64,000 bases of DNA, from IMG/VR virus record IMGVR_UViG_3300028581_003594, positions 8,694 to 72,693 of that record; one strand, given 5' to 3'. Source of the DNA: a virus. A program made the position numbers and the translations under genes. Under the pieces are notes generated by a model. The model made no database searches. It saw nothing but the letters and a program-made list of their open reading frames with translations, and was not told the DNA's origin. Positions 57,001-63,998 of the stretch are shown here, piece after piece; position 1 is the stretch's first letter; every line of letters starts with the position of its first letter.

Positions 57001-57932
57001 CCCATGGTGTAATTTTTGCTGCCCAATATTTCTTTTTCCACATTAATTTTGGTGGCCGCGGTGATGGTCTTGATTTGGAGTACTCCTTGCATAGCCTGGT
57101 GATTGCCGCATTGATAGTACAATATGTCAGGTGCGTTGTTCGGCACGGTGAATGTCAATGTGCCCACCTGGGTGCCGTTGCCTGTGACAGACGTGGAATA
57201 TATCACCGACGTGCTGCCGTCCTCGGCTATGCCGGTCTTGAATGGCTCCGTCATGATGTAGAATGGATGCCCGGTGACCTGGAGCGCGAATTTATAGGTG
57301 TTTCCCCTGTACAAGGTCAGGGTTGGGTTGGCAGTGTCTCCGTGTGTGCTGAAAGTGTAGGCACCGGTGCCCGCGTTGGCAACCGTGATCTCTGTGACAG
57401 AGTTTGGTCCGTTGTTCGATATCAACACTGGGTTGGGACCTTCTGGCAGCCAGTAATACTCCCTGTAGTTCACGAGTTTGTCAAAATCCACTGCTGGGTT
57501 CCAGGCGTAGACTGTTTGCTTGTTCAACCTGCCATGGTCATCCACGTTGCCGCCAAAGAACTTTATTTGGTTGATGTAGTCATCATAAGTTGCCGTGAAC
57601 TTCACCTGGTCTTCGGGATTGATGGATGATGTGTCCTTGTCAGTATAGGTCACAGTGGGCTCCAGCTGATAATTTGCCCTGTCCTCGCTGGTTGATTCTA
57701 TGTAGCTGTCCGCGGCCTGCCTGGTGTATGAATATTCTCTTCCGATGTATCCGTCTAATCTGGTCAGGCTGCCGGGCTGTATAAGTTGGTCCAGGGTGCT
57801 GGTGAGGAACCTGTGGTTGTTGTCGGTCCTGTAGAAGGCCGGCAGATGTGCAATGGACCTGCGCAGCGTCACCCCCTGTGCGTCCGTAACCACCTCATAA
57901 TTTGTCTGGCTATTGATAGGAGAATCTGCCAT
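45057..57932 (-). CDS. giant (4291 aa) baseplate wedge / virion structural protein
   Basis: Follows the gp6-like gene; contains a cupredoxin-like motif, seven FG-GAP-like blades, INEVKPFHTKIRE and GDGST..F beta repeats. Confidence 0.75.
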   Translation of the reverse strand: MADSPINSQTNYEVVTDAQGVTLRRSIAHLPAFYRTDNNHRFLTSTLDQLIQPGSLTRLDGYIGREYSYTRQAADSYIESTSEDRANYQLEPTVTYTDKDTSSINPEDQVKFTATYDDYINQIKFFGGNVDDHGRLNKQTVYAWNPAVDFDKLVNYREYYWLPEGPNPVLISNNGPNSVTEITVANAGTGAYTFSTHGDTANPTLTLYRGNTYKFALQVTGHPFYIMTEPFKTGIAEDGSTSVIYSTSVTGNGTQVGTLTFTVPNNAPDILYYQCGNHQAMQGVLQIKTITAATKINVEKEILGSKNYTMGTGTKLTNGMKVKFGSNTTSAAYANREYYVEGVGDHITLTDTAKLITPEHYSTETTELYDSVAYDTRPYAISFYRPETPDYITIKRDSFDNNAWSRYNRWFHRSAIAAADQVNGNATSLSETSRAKRPIIEFDSGLQLFDHGTQGLNSVALVDAFTTDVFSAIPNSLGYIVDGVPFSQGMRVLFTADTDATVNNRIYKVNFVTIAGVSKINLTLESDGLPQDGQTVYAELGSVYQGKTLYYTESTATWQQGQTKTAINQKPLFVIEDDDHVAFNDPAIYPNSTFEGAALFEYKTSDTSPIDTVLGIRVKYNTINNVGDIVFSSDIASSSFTYKSGDSMVSKNFSTGHVNYIIDRTHNLPRTSWVQMAEPSRQRVLRTFIVESNELRLFPVDVFANSAQLPDLEVQVDVNHKVQNITTDYTLVNGTTNKYVKFTYDLSVGDIVKITCFSSAKKIKGKGLYQIPENLAVNPFNEQLREFTFGQIMNHLHDINEKNVEMTGDTPGDSNLRDLPDVRTKGGTILQHSSPLPQAVFLLIDQHANAISSIDYCSMEYQKFKEAFQANFTIAKPYEDAAQAVDEILRIMTKQKNTSFPFYYEDMVGHGEKVSTRTYTVQDGTETQYSIDSQFDDAIPSNRAVYLYLNGVQLLNGYDYTFSDADDSVNITATLTEGDVIQIKDYNDTTGSFIPPTPTKLGMYPRYRPEKVLDETYVSPAYVIVGHDGSRTLAHGDYRDDVLLELEKRIYNNCKTQYDAKLLPKSEVSPSGFTAGDYTIREINDIMGHDFYSWAGRNGVDYQKNNTYESNNAFTFNYSRNKDSINGEYLPGYWRGIYKHFYDTDRPHTHPWEMLGYSERPAWWVEHYGPAPYSSGNELLWNDLASGYDHGSHTSNPRYVRPGLLNYLPVDANGQLLSPLQTGLIDSYAAAGLDRTWKFGDHAPAETAWRTSAQYPFAVMKLLALTRPAKFFGLFLDNSRLSENKAGNIIDTDTLVAQNTRQAKYHLEVTVDTLTQSTTRYITAGYQPMIVNYLIKCNLDPAVFFYDKMKDLNVQLSYKLGGFSDKQNLRVLTDSVSPGSTAGSQFIPDENYKILFRVSNPINTFEYSGVLVESNTAVSGDGSTLEGGYKIIGYNTIKPYFKIFQPLKNGNSYNIEAGSARAVIYKDFSQVEQIITYGTVFKDIQSVVDFLTGYGKYLESQGFVFDRFSKELEETANWETSAKEFIYWTRQGWAPGSAITLSPGAGGFNLVTRDSVVGKLRNLQGEYTVLDASGRTMPEKSISTKRVGTTFEIVSKFPDSGIYNISINAVQKEHLLLFDNATVFSDIILQLATGFRQQRLKLIGWKTGDWNGDYYSPGFVFDEAKVNLWTANTDYQIGDTVEYNSRFFTANKNHNSGNTFATVNWLQKKSKPTQQLIPNFDYKIAQFNDFYNLESNNFDEGQQKLAQHLTGYQSRNYLDNLFQNDVSQYKFYQGFIREKGTLNAIDKLVKSRFYGEDIDLEVYPEWMIRAGEFGNVDNAQSVQIRMPSDTFTSNIQSIEILDDIADQSNWEKSARVIKSQLFSKPLEYMADDTFARFDYSQPGIDKDSVQKYKTAGYPRLIDADHTAFNINDLLNLNVSSVTKNDLVWMAKKENNDWDMLRLTSTGLRIIAMRQINNATQVEVILTNPHNFQVGEYFAILNSQFSQLNGVFKIISTPNANSVIFNFNQSRAISVVSSLNLRIDESTLVTYGNVYKWVSVRFSSMDEVNDRISYNVYRDVDQTNFVNGDRVFADTNPDGRWTIYEKTDPYTSTILASPDADNQQDFGYNIVARNDSRMICVAAPDQGQGSLHFLFRQENLPGNLFTVVSSFAMADGDTDESRLGQSLCISTDENYIAAGAPYTRTLGPTSTRQDGVGIVKVWAWNNTNKQYDLSHTVLPPSDDSSTLVNMNYGWSVAIAEPSDNSTVSTRPKFLFASAPGLSSDSGVVYVHTLQKDVGDSTIQVWRQDSAIFSTEPGSGKRFGHRVAVNENADIIAISSVSPGSAGMVEIFTRSSVNDDGSTVEDGSTKHIFTHRQTLKGVNADGSTLNTAFGEAISMSIDGELLVISAPGTEAGEQTDAGAVYVYKWKADGSTNTYTLSDTIAAPEAASNIRFGSTVQINRMKNRIVIGAEKFGNSRTMRFDSNSTTFDLGDTLIVDLNIGSGAVFTATKYNTKYVIDDKLVTTSVNENDDFGRGIFITDTSVFVGSPDDDTLTTDGSTYRVDDGTVTVFDLNTPGNYAWTALSTETSLIDDSRIDSVFIFDSAKNEIIDYLDYYDPVKGRILGVADREINYKTEWDPAIYNIATGGKTLNAKTAWGEEHVGEVWWDLGRVRWLWYEQQNVEYQTKNWGNLFPGSSVDIYEWVESTLAPSEYSQRSDTTPGLAIGVSGRPLHPDNTVFTVKQKYNPVSDSYVNYYYFWVRNSVFLPPKGKAVVDRKNTAAYVANVIRNPLSTGIKYYAVTGNNSLITYNVKNSLVNDNTILNVSYRKNDNLDESHAVWNIIKQGDKNDRPKALLENKWWDSLVGKDLIGNEVPDLTLPLNQRYGNRIRPRQSWYLDRFAALKEIIDYSNTILKNNQLADIIGYDNLNSKDPEPTSTSGEWDSRVESYADLTYIDTRDISGIINVLVASDEENSRGSWAIYQWNAPEWNRTKVQTYNTSKYYRLADWYDKGYDENTLIDKQVNFQYEMDALPLEIGDIVKVLKADTGGWKLFEKTTDEMRNVATQNGTIQISAALYDYTIDNTGYNADDTFDENFFDQEPTTETRNVLRALRDDIFVGDLAVEYNNIFFIGLRKVLEEQLYVDWLSTTSFINVTNRLRPLDQRKTYNIGNENFVEDYINEVKPFHTKIREYKLGYSNTDTQDGIITDFDLPAFYDGSNTRNVDPVADVGVMSRYPYRFWRDNHKKYVTSIAVTKGGSGYVTAPTVTLVGGTTKSVGPFAVLGQSNSGTTSGQSGYYYPLYTAALDAQVADDSAGGTGTSTIFTFVEYPGLEFHMPTTGQNIANTDRPSGYDVYTTADNTQATATAIVQGGSVTSIRLLTPGTNYTATPTVVLTGGGAGGTTPANFARAYANLTNDVVRDIHTTIKFDRVQSTATVLLWEANRDYAFNDLIRYEQGFYKVNSGFTSTAEFKDGLPYLTKLRGDEPYLTAAERTLGMYDPISGMPGNELSQVMTGVDYGGVMVTGLAFDNSQGWDRSPWYDNPWDSYGLSRVQTFYGDGSTTGFTFSTAPSATDVYTVYINGVRQTSLVFRGDGSTKTFTVIPDDSAVAGTGDEIQFILFNDDGVLTPTDDKTLDSIITGGLFGSAVGIAPSDIILEGDGFVTPETSYAPEENLPGSMFDTVDIKVYTTPESGVPFIMMKNYIGNASTTTFAIGQMPGTLESVIVMIDGQTKRLTTDYTVDVDAKTITMLAAPAANAKISIKSFAMSGSNYIVINTLIGDGSTTSFVTAARESFQLDSAMSQLYVTVDGVPTTAYTYTTANKLITLTFNTAPAIGKSIQIAAFNQPAGSGRAQAEIRAEQKVHDGGNRYTLTYPSGSIGPFSGLTMIEVGGKILRGPDNTYYAGDGSTVTYSLGTDPANAVTSATQAQVFVNGTKKDLGTDYTVNLGTQQVQLVSAPASTDVVAVSVLLDNHYYTEGADIIFRPAQLATDGITLTSGTTFSTTTFNNALGMNQRREIFAGNSTGEFVLQDTPMNSDYLFVWLNGQALTQGYDFTFGSNYFVDGKKLKISGISLTATDRVDVMYFAVESAKLATGFRIFKDMLNRTFFKRISSDDTTALAAALTEDATSITVADGSKLATPPGGSVPGVIFIDKERIEYFIKNNNTLSQLRRGTLGTGIRTHTSGTQVVDASGSQTVPYAETVFTKTSLSDGSTAQFPTSIAAATPNELDVFVGGKRLPHISEDGSTANFTVDGSTANVVLASVPAAKVQVKVVQKRGRVWYTTGSGTASDGKGLQKSTTNQARFIAGEPTNAPE

Positions 57933-57934
57933 CG

Positions 57935-60900
57935 CTAGTATCCCGTTCCGCTACTGCCCGTGCCGGATCCCGATCCGATTCTTCCTGTGGTTGATTGAGA
58001 TGCTGCTGACCTTGACCTGTTGCTGGTGGTTGTGCCCGTGGTGCTGGTCACCACAGTGCCGCTGATGGCAAGCTGATTGGCTCCTATCGCGTCAATTATC
58101 ACCACGTCCTCGACTGTGGCTCCACTTATGAATATCTCGTCCGCGGCGCTGCTTATCTGGAACAGGGATCCGAACACCTGCTCATTTTGATTGGGCACTA
58201 TGACCACAGTCAAAAGGTCTGGTGCCATCTGGTTGTGGATGTAGGCTGCCAGCTCCGTGAAATAGAATGTGTCACCAAAATCAAAGTTGTTCAGCGCGAA
58301 AAATTCGTTGATGGCTTGGATGACCCTGGTCTTTATAACCGCCGCCGTGACATTAGTGGAGGCATTCTTGACCACCTTGAAAGTTGCCTGGAACTGTTCC
58401 TCTGCCTTGCTTCCAAAAAGTATTTTGTATTTCACTGGGTGGTACACTATCTGGTCCGACAGGCCTTTCAATGGATTCAACACGCCGGAGTAGGATATTC
58501 TTAATTGGTCTGATGTGGATGCGGCAGGTTCATCTCCTCCCCTGGCCAGCCATGTCCTGTACAACTGATCGTATGACCTCTCCAGCATGTAGATGTCCAT
58601 GATGTTGGTGTGCGAGGGATCTATTCGTGTGCCTTGTCCGGCATAATGCTTGTAAAGAAATTCGATATTTGCCCGTCCCTTCCTGGCATAGTAGTCGGTG
58701 CTTGTCGACAAGGTGACTGAAGCCTTGTCATATATCTTGACCACGTCATCATTGTAGAAGTAAAATAACTGCCCGTCCTCATAATTGCTGGGCAGAGTGA
58801 TGCTGGATTCCGTGGCTGCCAACACATAGTTGGTGGCCGCGTGTGGCCTGTAGCGTTGTATGTTGTCATAGCTATTGTATTTTTCAAAAAATACAAATTT
58901 TGTGCTGACGTTTGTGTCTGGTTCAACTATGATGTTGAATATCTCGGGATTGTCTACCACTCCGTCATCGTCGCCGTCAAAAAATCCCACTTTTATTTTC
59001 CTGTTGTCCTGGTATCCATCGCTCTCCTGCACCACTCCCACCACTTGCCAGTCTATGGGGTAGCCCACCGCGGATCCCGTGTTGGGCAATGTGTTGCTCT
59101 TTAGGATCCTCACCGTGTCCTTGACGGACCTCCCTGACACATAATCATATATCCTCTCCTGCTCATCAAAATGGAATTTATTGTCTGCTAGCGACTCAAA
59201 TATGTAGTCAGTGTTCCTGTAGGTCACCGTGTAGGTGTTGCCGTCATTCACGAACCTGAACCACCAGCTGCGGTCCTGATTGGAGTTTGTGGTATCGCCG
59301 GCGTCGGCCAGCGAAAATACCTCGGATGAGCTGAGATTGGCACCGGTAATCACCTTCCACTGTGCGTTCTCCTCGTCGTATCTCAATCCAAACTCCTCGA
59401 ATATCTCGATCCTGTCCTGCAGGTCGGTTTTAAGAGCAGCATCGAACACCGTGACGAACTGCGGTATGACCGCTGCCAGAACCGAGTCCGCTGGCAACAC
59501 ATCATTCAGCGTGATGGGTCCAAGACCTGACTCTAAATTTCCCGCGCCTCCGTTGGCCCCATCGCCCGCGACCAGGGCTATTTTGCTCCACTGCCTGTCC
59601 TGTGCCAATCCGGTCGTGGATGAAACCAACTTGCCGTTCAAAAATTTTCTGGTGTCCGGAGAAATGAATTTGATCAATGCGCCGGGCTTGGCGTATTTTA
59701 GATTGGTGGTGGAGAAATCACCCACAACCAGTGGTCCCGCCCCCATGAAGTAACCTGTGTTGGTGTTGGTTCCCACAGAAGAGCTTACCCAATCTGCTGC
59801 CAGCGCGGACAGGTTCTTGGTAGGATAGTTGTCATAATAGAATTGCCTGGCCGAGGCCTTGTTCAGCTTGGTCTCCACCAATCTATTGATCACGTCCAAT
59901 ATTTCATTCCTGTTGGTGAAAGAGAAAGTGAACTGCGGGGTGCTGGTCTCGCGATAGATTATACCGTCATCTGCGAAAACCGACACGTTGCTGTATGAAC
60001 CCGAGGGATCTATGATTTCCTTGGCCCTGCTGATGCCACTCGCGCTCCTGTTCACTGCCTTGACCTTGATTATCTCCTGAGACGCCGACAGCGGCACGAC
60101 GTTGTAGTCCTCTGCCGTGATCATCCTGTTCTGAGAATAATACACCTGTGGTGCCTTGGTCCGGATGCTGTCGTTGCTCTCTGTGGCAGCTGCGTTGTAT
60201 ATGCTTTGCTGCAGTTCGCAAGATATGGTAAGCACCTGCTCACCACCGTTGGCATCTATGTATGTCATGCTGAATGATATGCCTTGCATGTCTGATGGCT
60301 GCACGGAAAAATTAGAGTTGGCGCTGGTCCTGTAGTAGACTCTGAATTTTCCCGATGGTATGTTGGAAAAATTTCCGTCCCCGAACACCAGATCGATGGC
60401 GTCGTTGTTCTTGGTCACGACGTTGTAGATATCTCTCACGTCGCTGTTTAGACTGTTGTAGATCACATTGCTGCCGCTGAGGTCTGGCACCTTGGTCCAA
60501 AATTTTTCTATCTGTCCAAAGTCATCCAGCTCATATAACCAAACGTCCGTGTTGTTTATGTTGTTGACGTTGACAGCCTGCACGTAGTTGGTAGTTGGTT
60601 GATTTATGCCGAACTCCAGATTGGCCAATGATCCCTGTTTCAGCAGTGCGAAAAATCCAGTGTTGGGGCTGGAGTCTCCAGCGCCGTCGCTCCTGTACAG
60701 ATATGAGAATCCCGTTCCCGGCACCGGTGTCTGCTCGTATATGGATTCGGAATTGATCAATGTGGATGGCACTATCTCAAATGTCCTGGCCACTCCGCTG
60801 ATGCCCCTGGTGAATGTGAATATGGGAAGGTCGGTGTTGTTGCTGTTGACCATGTAGACTTCTGTCTTTATTCCACCTATGTTGTCCGCCTCCTTTGGCT

Positions 60901-61414
60901 TTCCAAAAATTTGTCCGGACACGTTGGCGGCGTTCAGTATGCTTATGAACTGTTCCCTGGCATTGGCGTTGGTGGCGTCATTCCATGCCACGGTGACATT
61001 GGCAAGGCTGTTTCCGCTGCTGTCCCTCACGTCCTGAGTCGTGCTCACCGAGCTGAATTTCAGCAGTCCGGTAGCGGGCAGGTTCCTCTTGGCGTTGTAG
61101 TTGATCAGCCGCGCCAGCCTCAGTATGCTGTTCCTTCTTGATGCGGTCTCTAAAAAATTCTCTCTGGCGTTGAGGTCCACCCTGAAGCTGAGACTCTGGG
61201 CCACGTAGGCGATGAGATCTATCAGCGCGATGTATTCCGAGCTCTCCACGAAATCATTAAAATTCTCGGGATAGTTCTCCCTGAGATAGGCTATCATGGT
61301 CCTGCGCAGGGTCTCGAAATCGTAGGATTTGAAATCAGCCTGTTGGAAACTGGTGTAGATCTTACGCCAATCCTCGGCTACTAGCAATCGGTTCTGTCTG
61401 TCAGTGCTGGCCAT
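57935..61414 (-). CDS. baseplate wedge subunit, T4 gp6-like
   Basis: DFETLR..MI.YL, ARENFLETA.RR.SILRLA, FGDGNF, and SQNRMITAEDY. Confidence 0.85.
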   Translation of the reverse strand: MASTDRQNRLLVAEDWRKIYTSFQQADFKSYDFETLRRTMIAYLRENYPENFNDFVESSEYIALIDLIAYVAQSLSFRVDLNARENFLETASRRNSILRLARLINYNAKRNLPATGLLKFSSVSTTQDVRDSSGNSLANVTVAWNDATNANAREQFISILNAANVSGQIFGKPKEADNIGGIKTEVYMVNSNNTDLPIFTFTRGISGVARTFEIVPSTLINSESIYEQTPVPGTGFSYLYRSDGAGDSSPNTGFFALLKQGSLANLEFGINQPTTNYVQAVNVNNINNTDVWLYELDDFGQIEKFWTKVPDLSGSNVIYNSLNSDVRDIYNVVTKNNDAIDLVFGDGNFSNIPSGKFRVYYRTSANSNFSVQPSDMQGISFSMTYIDANGGEQVLTISCELQQSIYNAAATESNDSIRTKAPQVYYSQNRMITAEDYNVVPLSASQEIIKVKAVNRSASGISRAKEIIDPSGSYSNVSVFADDGIIYRETSTPQFTFSFTNRNEILDVINRLVETKLNKASARQFYYDNYPTKNLSALAADWVSSSVGTNTNTGYFMGAGPLVVGDFSTTNLKYAKPGALIKFISPDTRKFLNGKLVSSTTGLAQDRQWSKIALVAGDGANGGAGNLESGLGPITLNDVLPADSVLAAVIPQFVTVFDAALKTDLQDRIEIFEEFGLRYDEENAQWKVITGANLSSSEVFSLADAGDTTNSNQDRSWWFRFVNDGNTYTVTYRNTDYIFESLADNKFHFDEQERIYDYVSGRSVKDTVRILKSNTLPNTGSAVGYPIDWQVVGVVQESDGYQDNRKIKVGFFDGDDDGVVDNPEIFNIIVEPDTNVSTKFVFFEKYNSYDNIQRYRPHAATNYVLAATESSITLPSNYEDGQLFYFYNDDVVKIYDKASVTLSTSTDYYARKGRANIEFLYKHYAGQGTRIDPSHTNIMDIYMLERSYDQLYRTWLARGGDEPAASTSDQLRISYSGVLNPLKGLSDQIVYHPVKYKILFGSKAEEQFQATFKVVKNASTNVTAAVIKTRVIQAINEFFALNNFDFGDTFYFTELAAYIHNQMAPDLLTVVIVPNQNEQVFGSLFQISSAADEIFISGATVEDVVIIDAIGANQLAISGTVVTSTTGTTTSNRSRSAASQSTTGRIGSGSGTGSSGTGY

Positions 61415-61429
61415 AGTTTAATACACGGA

Positions 61430-61435
61430 TATTTA
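61430..61435 (-). promoter_or_regulatory. TAAATA late-promoter motif
   Basis: Intergenic, 15 nt before ATG 61414. Confidence 0.5.
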
Positions 61436-61457
61436 TTGATAATATTAAGTGCGTAGT

Positions 61458-61868
61458 TTAAGACAGGCGCAGAAGCGAGTTATCATCAAAACTGAAGGTC
61501 AGTTTCTCGGTAATATTGTATGGAAGATAGGATATAGTGGCCTGAACAGCTATGCCCTTTTCGTATTCGCTCACGGTGATTTCTGAGGTACTGATCCTAG
61601 GGTCAGCATTGAGATTCTGCGTGATGTCATCCGCTATGGCCTGCTTCAAAGCATTGGTCAGCGGCTCGTGTATGCAGTCATATATGATGGTGCCGAACTC
61701 GGGGTTCTCCACCCGCTCGCCCTTGCGGACGCTGAGTCTGTTGATGAGATCCTGCTTTATTAGCTCAAAATCATACAGCTTGAAGTTGGTCTGGTCGGCC
61801 CTAGAACTGAATCCCTTGAAAACCTGCCCCGATTTGCCAAAGCTGCCGTTGCTGTCATTGTATGCCAT
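61458..61868 (-). CDS. baseplate wedge subunit gp25-like
   Basis: LIKQDLIN...RKGERVENPEFGTII...DPRI. Confidence 0.88.
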   Translation of the reverse strand: MAYNDSNGSFGKSGQVFKGFSSRADQTNFKLYDFELIKQDLINRLSVRKGERVENPEFGTIIYDCIHEPLTNALKQAIADDITQNLNADPRISTSEITVSEYEKGIAVQATISYLPYNITEKLTFSFDDNSLLRLS

Positions 61869-61877
61869 ATTAATCCT

Positions 61878-63998
61878 CTAAAAAAAACTTCCGATACTGA
61901 AATTTGAAAGTGCTCCACCAAAGTCTAGGCTGGCCAGATCAAAGCTAGCTATGCTTCCAATATCAAATCCTCCAAAAACATCTCCTATATTTGTGCCGAT
62001 CTCGCCCAAAACACTTCCAGCGGAGCCAAATATTCCTTCGATCCCACCCGAGATCACGCTGGTGATGTTGGTCAGCGAAGTTATCTCTCCGGCTATGATG
62101 TTTCTGAACTGATCAGTAACGATACTTATGCCTGTCTGTATGGCGGCGTTGCCTAGTCCCTGTATCAATCCCTGCGGAGAAAGATTACCCAGGTTGATGC
62201 CGGACAGGACGTTGTTTCCAAATGCTCCCAGCGCAGGCCCAAATATGCTGTCGGCATTTTTGAACAGGTCCGTCAGCCCACCACCAAATACCGCGGTATC
62301 CGCAAATGATGACGCCGAGGGCAAGCTGGCCCAGTCCACGTCGAATCCAAGACCCTCGAACTGCTTAAGAAGATCTATTTCTTGCGATATGTCCACGTCG
62401 CCAAATATGTTTCCTCCAAAGTTTTTGAAGGCGTCGGCAAAGTTGATGTCTCCCAGTCCAACTGCTCCAAAGGCCTCGGCAAAGTTTGCGGAGCTTGCAA
62501 TCTGCTGCATGTCGTTGGCCAGCGCATATGTGTCTATGCCATCGTTTCTGAAGAAATCCTTGACCGCTGAAATGTTCCTGTCAGAGAATATGGAGCTGGC
62601 GACGTCCTTGACTTGTCCTTGGATGGCGTTGTTGAGGGCGTCCCCCACCGTGGTCTTCAGGGCGTTTTCGGCCGTTGCGGTCAGCTGCTTCACTATCCCA
62701 TTTGGATTGATGTCGGATAAATTTGTGATGACCTTGCCCATGTCTCCCAGTGTATATAATACCCCCGCTTGGTTGACGAACACCTGGTCCTTGAACAGGT
62801 TACCTAGTTCTCCGCCCGCGGCTCCCGTGATCCTGTTGATGACCTGATTGGACACGTCACTGATGCCTGGCAGCAATGGTCTGATGGCCAGTGGTCCCGA
62901 ATCTGCTAGATTGAAGATTGTGCTGTAATTCTGTGTGAACTCGGCGGTGGCTTTCTGTATCGCTGCAATATCTGTCTTGCTTGGACATACTTCTCCGATG
63001 TATTTTTCCAGATCGGCCTGGTATTGTCCTAACCTGCATGCCGGCACTAGGCTTAGTCTCATTTTATTTTCTTGATGTCCCAGCGTGCCTGGCTTGTTGG
63101 CATCTTCTCTCCTGCCTGCAGATGTGAATGCTTTGAAATTGTCATAGTGCCACAGGAATGGTTCGTGCGTGGGCACTCGCATGCCCGACATGCCTGGTAT
63201 GCTCCTGTCCTGCCTCAATACCCCCACAGTTCCTTTCAGTATCGGTGTCACATCGGGCACCTGGATCTCTGCCGTTCCTGTGCCATTGGGCTGACCAAAT
63301 CCCGTCCTCTGCAGCGGTTTCAATAGATTTGGATCCACCGGCATGCTGTTGAAATGAACCTGGCTGCCCACGAGATGCACCTGCCCAGATGCCTGATGTA
63401 TCTGGTTGCCTCCCGCTGCCTGCGTGTAAATGCTCATGCCCGTGCGCAGGCTGTAGTAGCCCTTGTCCACCGAAACATTCATGGCACGGCTGGCTATCTG
63501 GTTGATGATGGAACCGTCTATGCTGACGAAGCCCTTGATCGTCCTGTCCAGGGGATCCTCTCCCAGGTGCTCGTTCGCTTTGATCTTTATGTTCCTGTTG
63601 GCGTACATGTTGATGTCGCCCTCGGAATGGAAATTGATGTCTCCACCTGACCTGATGTTGTAGCCTTTCTGGGCGTATATGTCCACGGCGCCATCGCCAC
63701 TGAACTCCATCCACACGGTGCCCTTGGCGTTGGCCAAGTAAATGACTCCTGCCGTGTCGTGCATCAGCAACTGGTGTCCGGAACTGGTCCTCAATCGTAT
63801 CAACTGATTGTCTCCCTCTGCATCTCCGTCATCCATAACAAAAGTATGTCCTGCGGATCTCACCACCGGCACGTCCTCTTGGGCGTCTATGGGTCCTAGT
63901 TTTGCTTTCCTGCCTGCTGGATCACTCCTGCCGGGCGTGCTGATTCCAAAAACTGCACTGGGGCTCTCCCTGCGTGCGGAGCTGGTGGTTGTCCCCCT
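61878..63998 (-). CDS. baseplate hub / spike gp5-like protein (5' end outside the window) with long C-terminal extension
   Basis: Frame is open to the window edge (SARRESPSAVFGISTPGR); GHTFVMDDG, RTSSGHQLLMHD, beta-helix repeats and RVPTHEP. Confidence 0.8.
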   Translation of the reverse strand, partial: RGTTTSSARRESPSAVFGISTPGRSDPAGRKAKLGPIDAQEDVPVVRSAGHTFVMDDGDAEGDNQLIRLRTSSGHQLLMHDTAGVIYLANAKGTVWMEFSGDGAVDIYAQKGYNIRSGGDINFHSEGDINMYANRNIKIKANEHLGEDPLDRTIKGFVSIDGSIINQIASRAMNVSVDKGYYSLRTGMSIYTQAAGGNQIHQASGQVHLVGSQVHFNSMPVDPNLLKPLQRTGFGQPNGTGTAEIQVPDVTPILKGTVGVLRQDRSIPGMSGMRVPTHEPFLWHYDNFKAFTSAGRREDANKPGTLGHQENKMRLSLVPACRLGQYQADLEKYIGEVCPSKTDIAAIQKATAEFTQNYSTIFNLADSGPLAIRPLLPGISDVSNQVINRITGAAGGELGNLFKDQVFVNQAGVLYTLGDMGKVITNLSDINPNGIVKQLTATAENALKTTVGDALNNAIQGQVKDVASSIFSDRNISAVKDFFRNDGIDTYALANDMQQIASSANFAEAFGAVGLGDINFADAFKNFGGNIFGDVDISQEIDLLKQFEGLGFDVDWASLPSASSFADTAVFGGGLTDLFKNADSIFGPALGAFGNNVLSGINLGNLSPQGLIQGLGNAAIQTGISIVTDQFRNIIAGEITSLTNITSVISGGIEGIFGSAGSVLGEIGTNIGDVFGGFDIGSIASFDLASLDFGGALSNFSIGSFF

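Noticed and set aside
32183-63714. Many long alternative-frame and antisense ORFs (e.g. 32745-33560, 44989-45828, 47406-48176, 62128-62847, 63142-63714)
   Set aside because: They are shadows of GC-richer genes, with no motifs and full overlap with well-supported CDSs.
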